Shown piece by piece: positions 20,526 to 29,767 of a stretch of DNA of 64,000 nucleotides; positions within the stretch are counted from its first letter, which is position 1, and each line of letters starts with the position of its first letter. The notes beneath the pieces are model-generated. The model did no database searches, was not told the origin of the DNA, and saw nothing but the letters and a program-made list of their open reading frames with translations. Origin of the DNA: Rhodospirillaceae bacterium (lineage in GTDB: Bacteria > Pseudomonadota > Alphaproteobacteria > UBA6615); NCBI GenBank assembly GCA_002713365.1, contig PASR01000014.1, positions 69,309-133,308 of the forward strand, written 5' to 3'. The position numbers and the translations under genes were made by a program.

Positions 20526-20645
20526 ATAATCAACCTTGAAGAATTTAGCATTATTACCAAATTAGCCATTTTTTAATGGGTTAAAGATCTTATATTGAAT
20601 GATATTGGTAATTATTTCTAAATACTCTAATTGAGGAGAGTAATA

Positions 20646-21887
20646 GTGGCTGAAGTCAGTGTAGCTGTACTAGTAACTATGGACAGTAAAAGTGAAGAAG
20701 CACTTTTTGTCTGTAATGCATTAATTCAGCTCGGTGTGAAGCCATTGTTGATGGATTTATCTTTACGCCCCCATAATATAACTGGAGCTGATATTACCGG
20801 TGGTGATTTAGCTATAATTAGCGGAAACTCATGGGAAGAATTAGCCAAAATGGATAGAAACCAGGCCACTGAGGTTATGGTATCAGCAGGAATAAAAACC
20901 CTAAAAGAAAAATATTTACTAGGAAATATAGGAGGCGTAATAGGTTTAGGTGGTGCTAATGGCACTTCTATGGCTTGTTCTCTGATGCGTTCATTGCCTC
21001 CACTAGTGCCTAAAGTTATGGTAAGTGCAGTTGCTGCAACTGCTGCGGTTCAATGGTACATAGCTGAAAGTGATATAGTTATGTTTCCTTCCATTGGCGA
21101 TTTTACTTTGAATAGAATTACCCGAGGCGTACTCCAGAACGCTGCAACTGCTCTGGCTGCAATGACCTGCGCGATGGCTAACGACACTGAAAAAAAACAA
21201 GACGAACCTTTACTTATTGGGGTTTCCTCATTTGGGGGAACATCTGGTTGTGTAGATGTTGTTACTGATGGATTAGTTAGTGAGGGATATGAGGTAATAC
21301 ATTTTCATGCATCAGGCCCAGGTGGTAAAGCACTTGAATCGCTGGCACAAAAAGGCGAGTTAGCTGGGGTAGTGGATATTACTACCCATGAACTTACGGA
21401 TTATATAGTTGATGGTGTATACAGTGCTGGTGAGAATCGCTTAACTGCTGCTAGTGCTGCAGGTCTGCCACAGGTAATTGTTCCAGGTGCAATTGATCAT
21501 TCGAATTTTTGGGTAAATATGGTTCCTGAAAAATACTCTGATCGCGAGTTTTTCCAATATAATGCTCAAAATATTTTAATGCGCACTAATGCTTTTGAAT
21601 ATGAAAAACTTGGAAAATTGATGGCCGAACGTTTAAATCAAGCGGAAGAAAATTTTGTGGTCGTTATTCCATTGCGAGGTTTTAGTGAGCATACAAAAAG
21701 AAACACCCATGATCTTGGGGGGAATATTTTAGGTTCATGGGATAGACCCGGTGATGACAGGGTCTTTTACGAAACCCTAAAGAAAAACCTTATAAGGGGT
21801 GAAGTAGCTGAGTTGGACCTTCATATAAATGATCCTAAATTTGGCAGTGCGTGCCTCAAGTATTTTACACAATTGATTCAAAAGTAG
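20646..21887 (+). CDS. Tm-1-like ATP-binding domain protein (UPF0261)
   Basis: TMDSKSEE, IGLGGANGT, LPPLVPKVMVS, EVIHFHASGPGG, DITTHEL, IVPGAID, PLRGFS, HINDP; GTG 20646 after GAGGAG (ORF track gives 20631). Confidence 0.88.
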   Translation: MAEVSVAVLVTMDSKSEEALFVCNALIQLGVKPLLMDLSLRPHNITGADITGGDLAIISGNSWEELAKMDRNQATEVMVSAGIKTLKEKYLLGNIGGVIGLGGANGTSMACSLMRSLPPLVPKVMVSAVAATAAVQWYIAESDIVMFPSIGDFTLNRITRGVLQNAATALAAMTCAMANDTEKKQDEPLLIGVSSFGGTSGCVDVVTDGLVSEGYEVIHFHASGPGGKALESLAQKGELAGVVDITTHELTDYIVDGVYSAGENRLTAASAAGLPQVIVPGAIDHSNFWVNMVPEKYSDREFFQYNAQNILMRTNAFEYEKLGKLMAERLNQAEENFVVVIPLRGFSEHTKRNTHDLGGNILGSWDRPGDDRVFYETLKKNLIRGEVAELDLHINDPKFGSACLKYFTQLIQK

Positions 21888-21920
21888 ATTAAGAAAGTAT
21901 AGGAATAGGAGAGGTTAACA

Positions 21921-23627
21921 GTGGCAATTGATATCTCAGTAGAAAATTATGAAACTGATGTACTTGTTATTGGAGGAGGTGCAGCGGGAGGTATGGCGTG
22001 CTTCGAATGCGCGGAAGCTGGCGTCAGAGTTACTTTAGTTGGTAAAAGTAGACCTCCGAGCGGCACTACATCAGTTGCAAGAGGCGGGTTTGCTGCTGCT
22101 ATGGGAAAAGATGATAGCCCTGCTCAACACTTAGCTGATCTTCTCGAGGGTGATGGTGGTGAGCTGATTGACCCCGAGCTAGCGGGAATCTGGTGTGAAG
22201 ATATAGTCGAAATAGTTAATGATTTACGAGAATGGGGGGCTGACTTTGTAACTAATGAGGATGGAGATTTAGATTTAAAAATGTTTCCTAATCACAGCAA
22301 ACCTCGGGCTGTTCATCATTATGATACAACTGGTAATATGGTTACCAAAACTCTAGCAAAGAAAATACGACCCGACCAACGTATAGAACAACACTCTAAT
22401 ACTTCTATTGTTGATTTAATTGTTGAAGAAAACCGCATTATCGGTGCTTGGGGTGTAAACTATAATAAGGGTACCTTAGTTGCCTATTCCGCTAAAGAAA
22501 TTATTTTGGCTACTGGAGGTGGAAGCGGTCTTTTTTATGTAAATGATAACCCTCCACAAGTCACGGGTGATGGTTATGTAATGGGTTATCGTGCTGGCGT
22601 AGCGTTATTAGGAAGTGAGATGATAGACTTTCAGGCTATGTGTTGTTCACCCGAGGAGTTATTTGGGTTTGCCCCTCATCCGACAGGTTTTATTAATGCA
22701 GGTGCCGTTTTTCGTAATAGGGACGGAGAGTTGTTTCTAAAACGTTATTTTCCGGACACAGCTGAAAAGAGCACAAGAAGCGAAGTTATTCTAGCTATGG
22801 CCAAAGAGATACACGCAGGACGAGCAGGACTAACTGGCGGTATTTTTATGGATGCAACAGAAGTTCCAATGGAAATTATTCAAAAGCAGATCCCTCATGT
22901 TTATAAAACGTGTCTTCATAGGGGTATTGATATTAGTAAAACGCCTTTGGAGGTTGCTCCAGGAAGCCACACGTGGCTCGGGGGACTTGAAATTGACATA
23001 GATGGTAGGACACCAATGAGTGGTTTATGGGCAGCTGGAGAAACTGGAGGAGGAATTCACGGTGGTAATAGGATAGGCGGATCGGCATTATCGTCTGCCC
23101 TTGTCTTTGGTCGTAGAGCTGGTAAAGCTGCCGCCCGTTTGGCTAAGAGTGAAAGTTCTATACCAGTCAGAGTTGAGGTTCCAGATGAGGCGAATGATAT
23201 GCTAGTCGATTTAATAAGCCGTGATGAGGGGCCACTGCAGGCGGATGTTAGATTGCGTTGTCGAATGCTAGCTCATGATCAACTTGGATCAATTAGAAGC
23301 TCTGATGGTTGTAAATCTGCATTAGCCGAGTATTCGAAGATAGAAACTGAAGAAATCCCTCGTATGCGACTTTCGGAAGAAGCAAAGAAATCACAGAAAC
23401 TAAGGGGTCAAGAACTAGAAAGTGCTTTGTCTGTATCAAATTTAGCGCTTTTGGGACGACTATTGGCCACTGCATCACTAGCACGTGAAGAAAGTCGTGG
23501 AGCACATTACCGAACTGATTTCCCGGATAAAGATGACAAAAACTGGGGTGCAGTAACACGACTAGAGAAGGGGCTAAACGGCGAAATTATTATTAAAAAG
23601 GATTCACTAAAACAAGATATTTCATAA
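21921..23627 (+). CDS. SdhA/FrdA/NadB-family FAD-binding oxidoreductase, standalone
   Basis: DVLVIGGGAAG, ILATGG, TGDG, PGSHTWLGG, GLWAAGE, HGGNRIGG, REESRGAHYRTDFP. Confidence 0.88.
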   Translation: MAIDISVENYETDVLVIGGGAAGGMACFECAEAGVRVTLVGKSRPPSGTTSVARGGFAAAMGKDDSPAQHLADLLEGDGGELIDPELAGIWCEDIVEIVNDLREWGADFVTNEDGDLDLKMFPNHSKPRAVHHYDTTGNMVTKTLAKKIRPDQRIEQHSNTSIVDLIVEENRIIGAWGVNYNKGTLVAYSAKEIILATGGGSGLFYVNDNPPQVTGDGYVMGYRAGVALLGSEMIDFQAMCCSPEELFGFAPHPTGFINAGAVFRNRDGELFLKRYFPDTAEKSTRSEVILAMAKEIHAGRAGLTGGIFMDATEVPMEIIQKQIPHVYKTCLHRGIDISKTPLEVAPGSHTWLGGLEIDIDGRTPMSGLWAAGETGGGIHGGNRIGGSALSSALVFGRRAGKAAARLAKSESSIPVRVEVPDEANDMLVDLISRDEGPLQADVRLRCRMLAHDQLGSIRSSDGCKSALAEYSKIETEEIPRMRLSEEAKKSQKLRGQELESALSVSNLALLGRLLATASLAREESRGAHYRTDFPDKDDKNWGAVTRLEKGLNGEIIIKKDSLKQDIS

Positions 23628-23642
23628 AAGTTACGGTAACTT

Positions 23643-24659
23643 TTAGTAATGTTCCATAATTATTTTCATTCTTTGTGGTGCGTCAGTACCAACCATTTCC
23701 ATTGCTTTTCCAAGTTGATCAAGAGGAAGTATATCACTGATTAGTGGGTTTAAGTTTATTTTTCCACTTTCAAACATTTCCAAACATGCAGAAAAATCTT
23801 TGTCTGTTGCGGCCCTTGCATTGATAAACTGTATTTCCTTAAAATACATATCATAAAATGGTAGAGCACCTTCCGTATTGGTATGGATACCATAACCAAG
23901 GACACGACCTCCTAGTCTAACTAGATCCATTGCTTGGGCCAAAACGGATAGTTTACCGGCTGATTCAATAACCAAGTCAGCTCCGATGCCATTAGTAGCT
24001 TCTAGCACAAGTTGTTTTGTTAGATCGTTGGGCTCTAGTGTAATATCTGCGCCTATACTTTCAGCCACCTCGCGTTTCCACTTGCTACGAGTAATACCGA
24101 TTATAGTTTTTGCACCTCTTGCTTTTGCGAGTTGTACATGCAGCAGTCCACCGACACCCAGACCTAGAACTACTACTGTGTCATTAATTGAAACGCTAGC
24201 CATTTGCTGTGCATGCATTACGGTGGTTAAAACTTGTATTAATGGTGCTTCCTGGTTAGTAATTTTGTCGGGCATAGCAAAAACGTTTTTTGGGGGAACG
24301 GCTACATACTCTGCAAATCCGCCGTCCTGGTCGCGACCTATTAATCCTCCATTAGGGCAAAGTTGAGTTTGACCTATGTTACAATGAAAACATTCTCCAC
24401 AATATAGAACCGGATCTACAATGACTCTTGATCCAACCTTAGGACTCGCCGAATCTCCTGCTTGAGTAACTTCACCTATCATCTCATGACCCATAATGAG
24501 AGGGTAATTGGCTGGGATTCCCCCACTAAATATCTTTAAGTCAGTTCCACAAACTCCCGAATGAGTAATACGAACAACACTATTGCCATCATCTGCATTA
24601 GGGTTTTCAACTTCCTCCAGTCCTACTTTGTTTGGAGCTCCCAGTAGCATTGCCTTCAT
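23643..24659 (-). CDS. Zn-dependent alcohol dehydrogenase (sorbitol/threonine dehydrogenase-like MDR)
   Basis: GVCGTD, GHE, CGECFHC...C, GLGVGG. Confidence 0.9.
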   Translation of the reverse strand: MKAMLLGAPNKVGLEEVENPNADDGNSVVRITHSGVCGTDLKIFSGGIPANYPLIMGHEMIGEVTQAGDSASPKVGSRVIVDPVLYCGECFHCNIGQTQLCPNGGLIGRDQDGGFAEYVAVPPKNVFAMPDKITNQEAPLIQVLTTVMHAQQMASVSINDTVVVLGLGVGGLLHVQLAKARGAKTIIGITRSKWKREVAESIGADITLEPNDLTKQLVLEATNGIGADLVIESAGKLSVLAQAMDLVRLGGRVLGYGIHTNTEGALPFYDMYFKEIQFINARAATDKDFSACLEMFESGKINLNPLISDILPLDQLGKAMEMVGTDAPQRMKIIMEHY

Positions 24660-24710
24660 TCTTTATAACTCCTCTACTATAAAATTATATTCATATGCTG
24701 CAGTCGCTAT

Positions 24711-25685
24711 TTATTTTGTGAAAACATCCGGGTTCACGGGAAACTTAGGCTTCGCTCCGTTTAGTACAGCAGCAACATCTTTTGCAACAGTTGTTTGCAG
24801 ATCGAGTAAAGCATCTTCAGAATAAAAGCCTGTATGCGGAGTGAGTATTAGATCTTCTCTACCAAATAAAGGGCTGTCTGATGACGGAGGTTCTTGAGGT
24901 AAAACGTCAAGCGCAGCCCCTCCTATTTCTCCTTTTTCTAGAGCTTCAACTAATGCATCAATATCCACTAGTGGTCCTCTGGAGGTATTTATTAGCAAGG
25001 CATCATTTTTCATTTTTCTAAATGCTTCAGTACTAAACATGTTTTGTGTCTCTGGAGTTAACGGTGCGTGCACTGATATATAGTCGGACTTTTCGTATAG
25101 TTCTTCTAATTCTACTTTTTGGGTGTTCATTTTAGTAAAAAGATCATCTGGTGCATATGGATCTGCAGCAATAGTTTTAATGCCGAATGCTTGCGCTTTT
25201 CCCACTACTGCTTGCGCAATATTCCCTAACCCTACTAAACCAAGGGTGCGGCCTTTCAGACGTCTAATAGGTACAACAGCAGGCATTTCCCAGCGTCCAT
25301 TATGAACCATTTGGTTAGAGAATGGAATTTTACGTGCCAGAGCTAGTAAAGTTGTCATAGCATGGTCAGATACCTCGTCGAGGCAATATAGGGGAGCGTA
25401 TGTAACTACAATACCAGCCTCAGTAGCGGCTTCAATATCTATATTATCAGTTCCCACACCAAAACGCCATATTACTTTACATTTTTCCAATCCATTAATG
25501 ACTTCAGCTGTAATTTGGGCATACGTTACAAATAATGCTTCTGCATCTCGGGCAACTGATAAAATTGCTTCTTTACTTGGGTTTTCAGACCTTTCTAGAC
25601 TGACATTTAAATCTGCAAGAACTTTTTCTGCAGGTTCCCAGTTAGGAAACACTGTATCGGCGATGGCAACTAATATTTTGCTCAT
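24711..25685 (-). CDS. D-2-hydroxyacid dehydrogenase, CtBP-like
   Basis: GVGTDNID, YCLDEVSDH, GLGNIA, INTSRG, ALDV..EP, LTPH.GFYSE. Confidence 0.9.
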   Translation of the reverse strand: MSKILVAIADTVFPNWEPAEKVLADLNVSLERSENPSKEAILSVARDAEALFVTYAQITAEVINGLEKCKVIWRFGVGTDNIDIEAATEAGIVVTYAPLYCLDEVSDHAMTTLLALARKIPFSNQMVHNGRWEMPAVVPIRRLKGRTLGLVGLGNIAQAVVGKAQAFGIKTIAADPYAPDDLFTKMNTQKVELEELYEKSDYISVHAPLTPETQNMFSTEAFRKMKNDALLINTSRGPLVDIDALVEALEKGEIGGAALDVLPQEPPSSDSPLFGREDLILTPHTGFYSEDALLDLQTTVAKDVAAVLNGAKPKFPVNPDVFTK

Positions 25686-25804
25686 TTTTTCCTCTTAGTA
25701 TTTGTTCATTAAGACAGATTCTAGGTCTAATCTTTTGTATTAAAAAATGATATTTACATTGGGTATAAAATAAAAATTCTGAAAGAGCTATCATATTTAT
25801 ATAT

Positions 25805-26824
25805 TTATAATATTGAATAAAACCAGACACCATCTTTACTTTTTTCTCGCTTAATACGTCTAAGAGAAATTAAATGGTTAAGATGAGCCAAGGTTTCAGT
25901 GACAGCTAGGCTGGATTGGAGGCTGTCAAGATCGCTCGAGAAAGATTTACTAGCTATAGTGTTTGCTGTGGATGATTCGGTACACAGAAGCGCCATCTGT
26001 TCTAGTCTTTCATCATGATGTTCTAACAGCTTATCAAGACGATAGTGAATTCCATAAAATGGTTCATTATGCGAAGGAAGAACGAGAGTAGTATCGGGTA
26101 ATTTACTACGAAATGAAGAAGTTGTTTTTAAAAAATCACCTAAGGGGTTTTCCCCACCGTCACCAGGGAAAAGTGATACATTAGGTGATATCTTAGGTAA
26201 AACTTGATCGCCAGCTATCAGAACATTTAGATCAGAACAGTAGATTGAGACGTGCTCAGGAGCATGTCCACGTCCAATCATTACTTCCCAGGATTTTCCT
26301 CCTATATTAAAGAGCATTCCGTCATACATAGTTGTATGCAAATCTGGTGTTGGGCTCATGCGGCTATTATATCCAGACCACAGTGAGTGGGTTGTATTTA
26401 TCATTTCTTCTGAACAGCCGGCACTACGAAAAAAGGAAAATACATTTTCTGTCCATGCTTCATCAGGTCCCCCAGTTAATAAACGTGTTCGTTCCCACTC
26501 AGTTTTGCTCATCCATAATTGTGAATCAAATTTTTCTGTTAACCATCCCGCTAGACCAGCATGATCTGAATGAAAGTGAGTTACAATTATTCTCTTTATG
26601 AGCCTTTTTTGGAGATGACTATTACTAATCAGAGTCCAAGCTTTACGCGCTTCTTCCATTGCCATTCCTGTGTCAATCAAAGTCCAGCTATCGCCGTCTT
26701 CTAGCAACCAAAGATTTACATGGTTAAGCCGGAATGGCAGCGGCATACGTATCCAATATATGCCTGGTGCTACTAGCTGAACTTCGCCATTTTTAGGAAT
26801 TTTAGTAAAAGGATATTCAATCAT
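25805..26824 (-). CDS. MBL-fold metallo-hydrolase
   Basis: PLPFRLNHVN, THFHSDHAG, GHAPEH, GDQVLP.ISPN, LPSH. Confidence 0.92.
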   Translation of the reverse strand: MIEYPFTKIPKNGEVQLVAPGIYWIRMPLPFRLNHVNLWLLEDGDSWTLIDTGMAMEEARKAWTLISNSHLQKRLIKRIIVTHFHSDHAGLAGWLTEKFDSQLWMSKTEWERTRLLTGGPDEAWTENVFSFFRSAGCSEEMINTTHSLWSGYNSRMSPTPDLHTTMYDGMLFNIGGKSWEVMIGRGHAPEHVSIYCSDLNVLIAGDQVLPKISPNVSLFPGDGGENPLGDFLKTTSSFRSKLPDTTLVLPSHNEPFYGIHYRLDKLLEHHDERLEQMALLCTESSTANTIASKSFSSDLDSLQSSLAVTETLAHLNHLISLRRIKREKSKDGVWFYSIL

Positions 26825-26897
26825 ATTAAAAAAATCATGATTTAAAGCTTCAGGAACAATAGAGATACTCTATACATCTCTACTATAGTTGGCGGAG

Positions 26898-27743
26898 TTA
26901 TGCTTTATACTTTACTACTTTGCTTTTGTGTTCTCCTAACCCTTCTACACCGCACGTTACTATATCACCTGCTTTAAGAAATACCTGAGGTTTCATTCCT
27001 AATCCAACACCTGAAGGTGTTCCAGTATAAATTACATCGCCAGGATATAGGGTAATCATTTTGCTCATATTGCTTATGATTGCCGCACAATTAAATATCA
27101 TGTCTGAGGTGTTACTGTCTTGGTAGCGTTTACCGTTAACTTCAAGCCAAAGCCTTAGTTTTTGAGGGTTTTTAACTTCATCTGAGGTAACTAACCATGG
27201 TCCTAATGGAGCAAAAGTATCTGGGCTTTTTCCCATTATCCATTGTAAGCCGCCATGTTCTAGCAAGAAAGCTCTTTCGGATACTTCATTTCCTGTTGCA
27301 TATCCAGCAACATATTTAAGAGCATCTCGTTTACTTACATGACGAGTTTTACGCCCAATTACCAAGCACAGTTCGATTTCCCAGTCTGTTTTTTTTGATC
27401 CCTTAGGTAAAACAATTGCATCTTTATGACCTGTTAACGGACAAGTTTTGGTAAATACAAATGGTTCTGATGGAACTTTTACTCCTGCTTCTTTGGCATG
27501 TAGGGCATAATTAAGTGCAATGGCAAACGTTCTTCGAGGTACAACAGGTGGTCCCAAGCGTGGTCTGCCTCTAACAAGTGGTAATTGATTTTCTTTTAGT
27601 TTAGAGATTTTATTTAAACTAGCTGGGGCTAGAGCATCTCCATCAAAATCATTAATTAACTTAGATAGATCTCGAATTTTTCCATTACTATCTAGTAAAC
27701 CCGGCTTTTCCTTGCCGGCAGGCCCGTAACGTAAAAGTTTCAT
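26898..27743 (-). CDS. Fumarylacetoacetate hydrolase family protein
   Basis: MKLLRYG..GKEKPG, LNY..HA.E, DWEIEL, GKSPDTFAPLGPW, TGTPSGVG. Confidence 0.92.
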   Translation of the reverse strand: MKLLRYGPAGKEKPGLLDSNGKIRDLSKLINDFDGDALAPASLNKISKLKENQLPLVRGRPRLGPPVVPRRTFAIALNYALHAKEAGVKVPSEPFVFTKTCPLTGHKDAIVLPKGSKKTDWEIELCLVIGRKTRHVSKRDALKYVAGYATGNEVSERAFLLEHGGLQWIMGKSPDTFAPLGPWLVTSDEVKNPQKLRLWLEVNGKRYQDSNTSDMIFNCAAIISNMSKMITLYPGDVIYTGTPSGVGLGMKPQVFLKAGDIVTCGVEGLGEHKSKVVKYKA

Positions 27744-27873
27744 ATTTATTATCCCTTGAGATTTTTGAGGTAAACATCATTTTTTATCTTAAATAATTAT
27801 CATCATAGAATTAAAAAAGGAACCATAACTATAGTTTAAATATGTCCCATAAATATAATTTATATACATAATG

Positions 27874-28215
27874 TCAGGAGATTTTATTCAGACGAAGCTT
27901 TAAACTTTCTCCAAGCCATATAGCAAAACTTGTATGATCAGCAATATCATCTCCTGTTAAAGGATGAACTAAGATTGATAAACCATCTCGATTAAATGAC
28001 ATCCAAGTAACTAAACTAGAAAATATGTCAGCTTTAAATTCAACTTGGTACATCCCTTTTGGATGCGGCCCTACTGGATTTTCATGCCATCGACCTAGAT
28101 TTACATTAAATCGGGTTTTCATGCGTCTTCTAAGTCGATCAGCTACTTTTTTATTATCAGAATCATAATAAACGTGAGCATGATAACCAGCAATTGACTC
28201 AATAGTTTTGGACAT
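27874..28215 (-). CDS. DOPA 4,5-dioxygenase family protein
   Basis: YHAHVYY, PVGPHP, LSILVHPLTGD...DH....WLG. Confidence 0.9.
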   Translation of the reverse strand: MSKTIESIAGYHAHVYYDSDNKKVADRLRRRMKTRFNVNLGRWHENPVGPHPKGMYQVEFKADIFSSLVTWMSFNRDGLSILVHPLTGDDIADHTSFAIWLGESLKLRLNKIS

Positions 28216-28468
28216 ATTATAAAAATAACCAACAAAAGCTTTGCGTCAACCGTAAGTGCATAAAGAAATGTATTCACTTTATGTTGACGGGGTGACTGTT
28301 GGATTGTTTAAATTAATTATCCATTGAATATAAACCTCATATCTATAGAAATTAATCATGATTTTTAACCGATACTTACTTAACAATGCGCTATGTAGGG
28401 TTTAAAGAGCTCTGGTTAATCTCATAAGACGAAATTTACTTTTTAAAATACCATAGAGGTCAGAACTT

Positions 28469-29767
28469 TTGGTTCCTAATGTTTTTGAGTCCCACATTAT
28501 AGATATAAATTCACAAGACCGTGAAGCAATATTAACTCATTTTCGCTGGGTGCGTGGCGAGACTGAACGATTGGTGGCTCCTTTATCACTAGAAGACCAA
28601 GTAGTACAATCAATGGCTGATGCAAGTCCGACTAAGTGGCATCTTGCCCACGTGACTTGGTTTTTTGAAACCTTGATACTTACCCCTTATTACAAAGGAT
28701 ATAGCACTCCTAACGAATGCTTTATTTATCTATATAATTCTTATTATGAAACTATAGGCGAACGACATCCAAGACCAGAGAGAGGTTTATTGACGCGACC
28801 ATCTGGCGATGAAGTTATTAGTTATCGTAAACATGTAGATTCTGCTGTTGAGAATTTTATAGCTAACGCTGATGAAAGAACTTGGGAAATAGTGGGTCCA
28901 TTGATATTACTGGGTCTGCATCATGAGCAGCAGCATCAGGAATTAATCCTTATGGATATACTTAACGCTTTTTCCCATAATCCAATTTTTCCGAGTTATC
29001 TAGATCATATTACTCTTTCAGAAAAAAAGGCACCCAGACTAGATTGGTTTGAATTTGACGGAGGAATATATGAAATTGGACATAAAGGTGAGGAGTTTTC
29101 CTTCGATAATGAAGGCCCTCCACATAAAGAATATCTGGAACCTTACCAAATTGCTTCAAGGTTGGTAACTAATTCTGAATGGAAAGCATTTATGTCTGAT
29201 GGGGGTTACGAACGAGCGGAATTATGGCTGTCAGATGGATGGTCCATTGTACAAAATGAAAATTGGAAAACTCCTTTGTACTGGAAACAGATTGATGGAG
29301 TTTGGATGGCCATGACATTGTCTGGGCTTCAGATGGTTAACGATGAATCCCCTGTCTGTCATGTCAGTTTTTACGAAGCAGATGCATATGCACGTTGGTC
29401 TGGAAAACGTTTACCAACTGAATCAGAGTTGGAAATAGCAGCTAGTGGAATGGAAATTAAGGGAAATTTTCAATCGAAAGGTTTATTGCAAGCAGAACCT
29501 GCTGATGGAGTGCTTTCTAGTTTTCCTGAGCAACTATTTGGAGATGTTTGGGAGTGGACTCAAAGTTCGTACAGCCCCTATCCGGGCTACAAACCAGTAT
29601 CTGGGGCAGCTGGTGAATATAATGGAAAGTTTATGTCTAGCCAAATGGTATTGAGGGGGGGATCTTGTGTAACTCCAGTCGGTCATGTCCGTTCGACTTA
29701 TCGAAATTTTTTCTACCCACATATGCGATGGCAGTTTTCAGGACTGCGTTTGGCGGATAATATATGA
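28469..29767 (+). CDS. egtB: Ergothioneine biosynthesis sulfoxide synthase EgtB
   Basis: DinB-like QSMADASPTKWHLAH...HHEQQHQE plus FGE-sulfatase domain (FDNEGP, RLPTE, VWEWT, RNFF..RWQFSG); adjacent to egtD. Confidence 0.95.
   Translation: MVPNVFESHIIDINSQDREAILTHFRWVRGETERLVAPLSLEDQVVQSMADASPTKWHLAHVTWFFETLILTPYYKGYSTPNECFIYLYNSYYETIGERHPRPERGLLTRPSGDEVISYRKHVDSAVENFIANADERTWEIVGPLILLGLHHEQQHQELILMDILNAFSHNPIFPSYLDHITLSEKKAPRLDWFEFDGGIYEIGHKGEEFSFDNEGPPHKEYLEPYQIASRLVTNSEWKAFMSDGGYERAELWLSDGWSIVQNENWKTPLYWKQIDGVWMAMTLSGLQMVNDESPVCHVSFYEADAYARWSGKRLPTESELEIAASGMEIKGNFQSKGLLQAEPADGVLSSFPEQLFGDVWEWTQSSYSPYPGYKPVSGAAGEYNGKFMSSQMVLRGGSCVTPVGHVRSTYRNFFYPHMRWQFSGLRLADNI

Noticed and set aside
21921-23627. 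Calling this gene sdhA or nadB
   Set aside because: Partner genes are absent and key motifs are altered
28355-28410. SAM-II-like text (GATTTTTAACCGATACT) upstream of egtB
   Set aside because: Lacks the P1 pairing and the downstream GCTAAA pseudoknot strand
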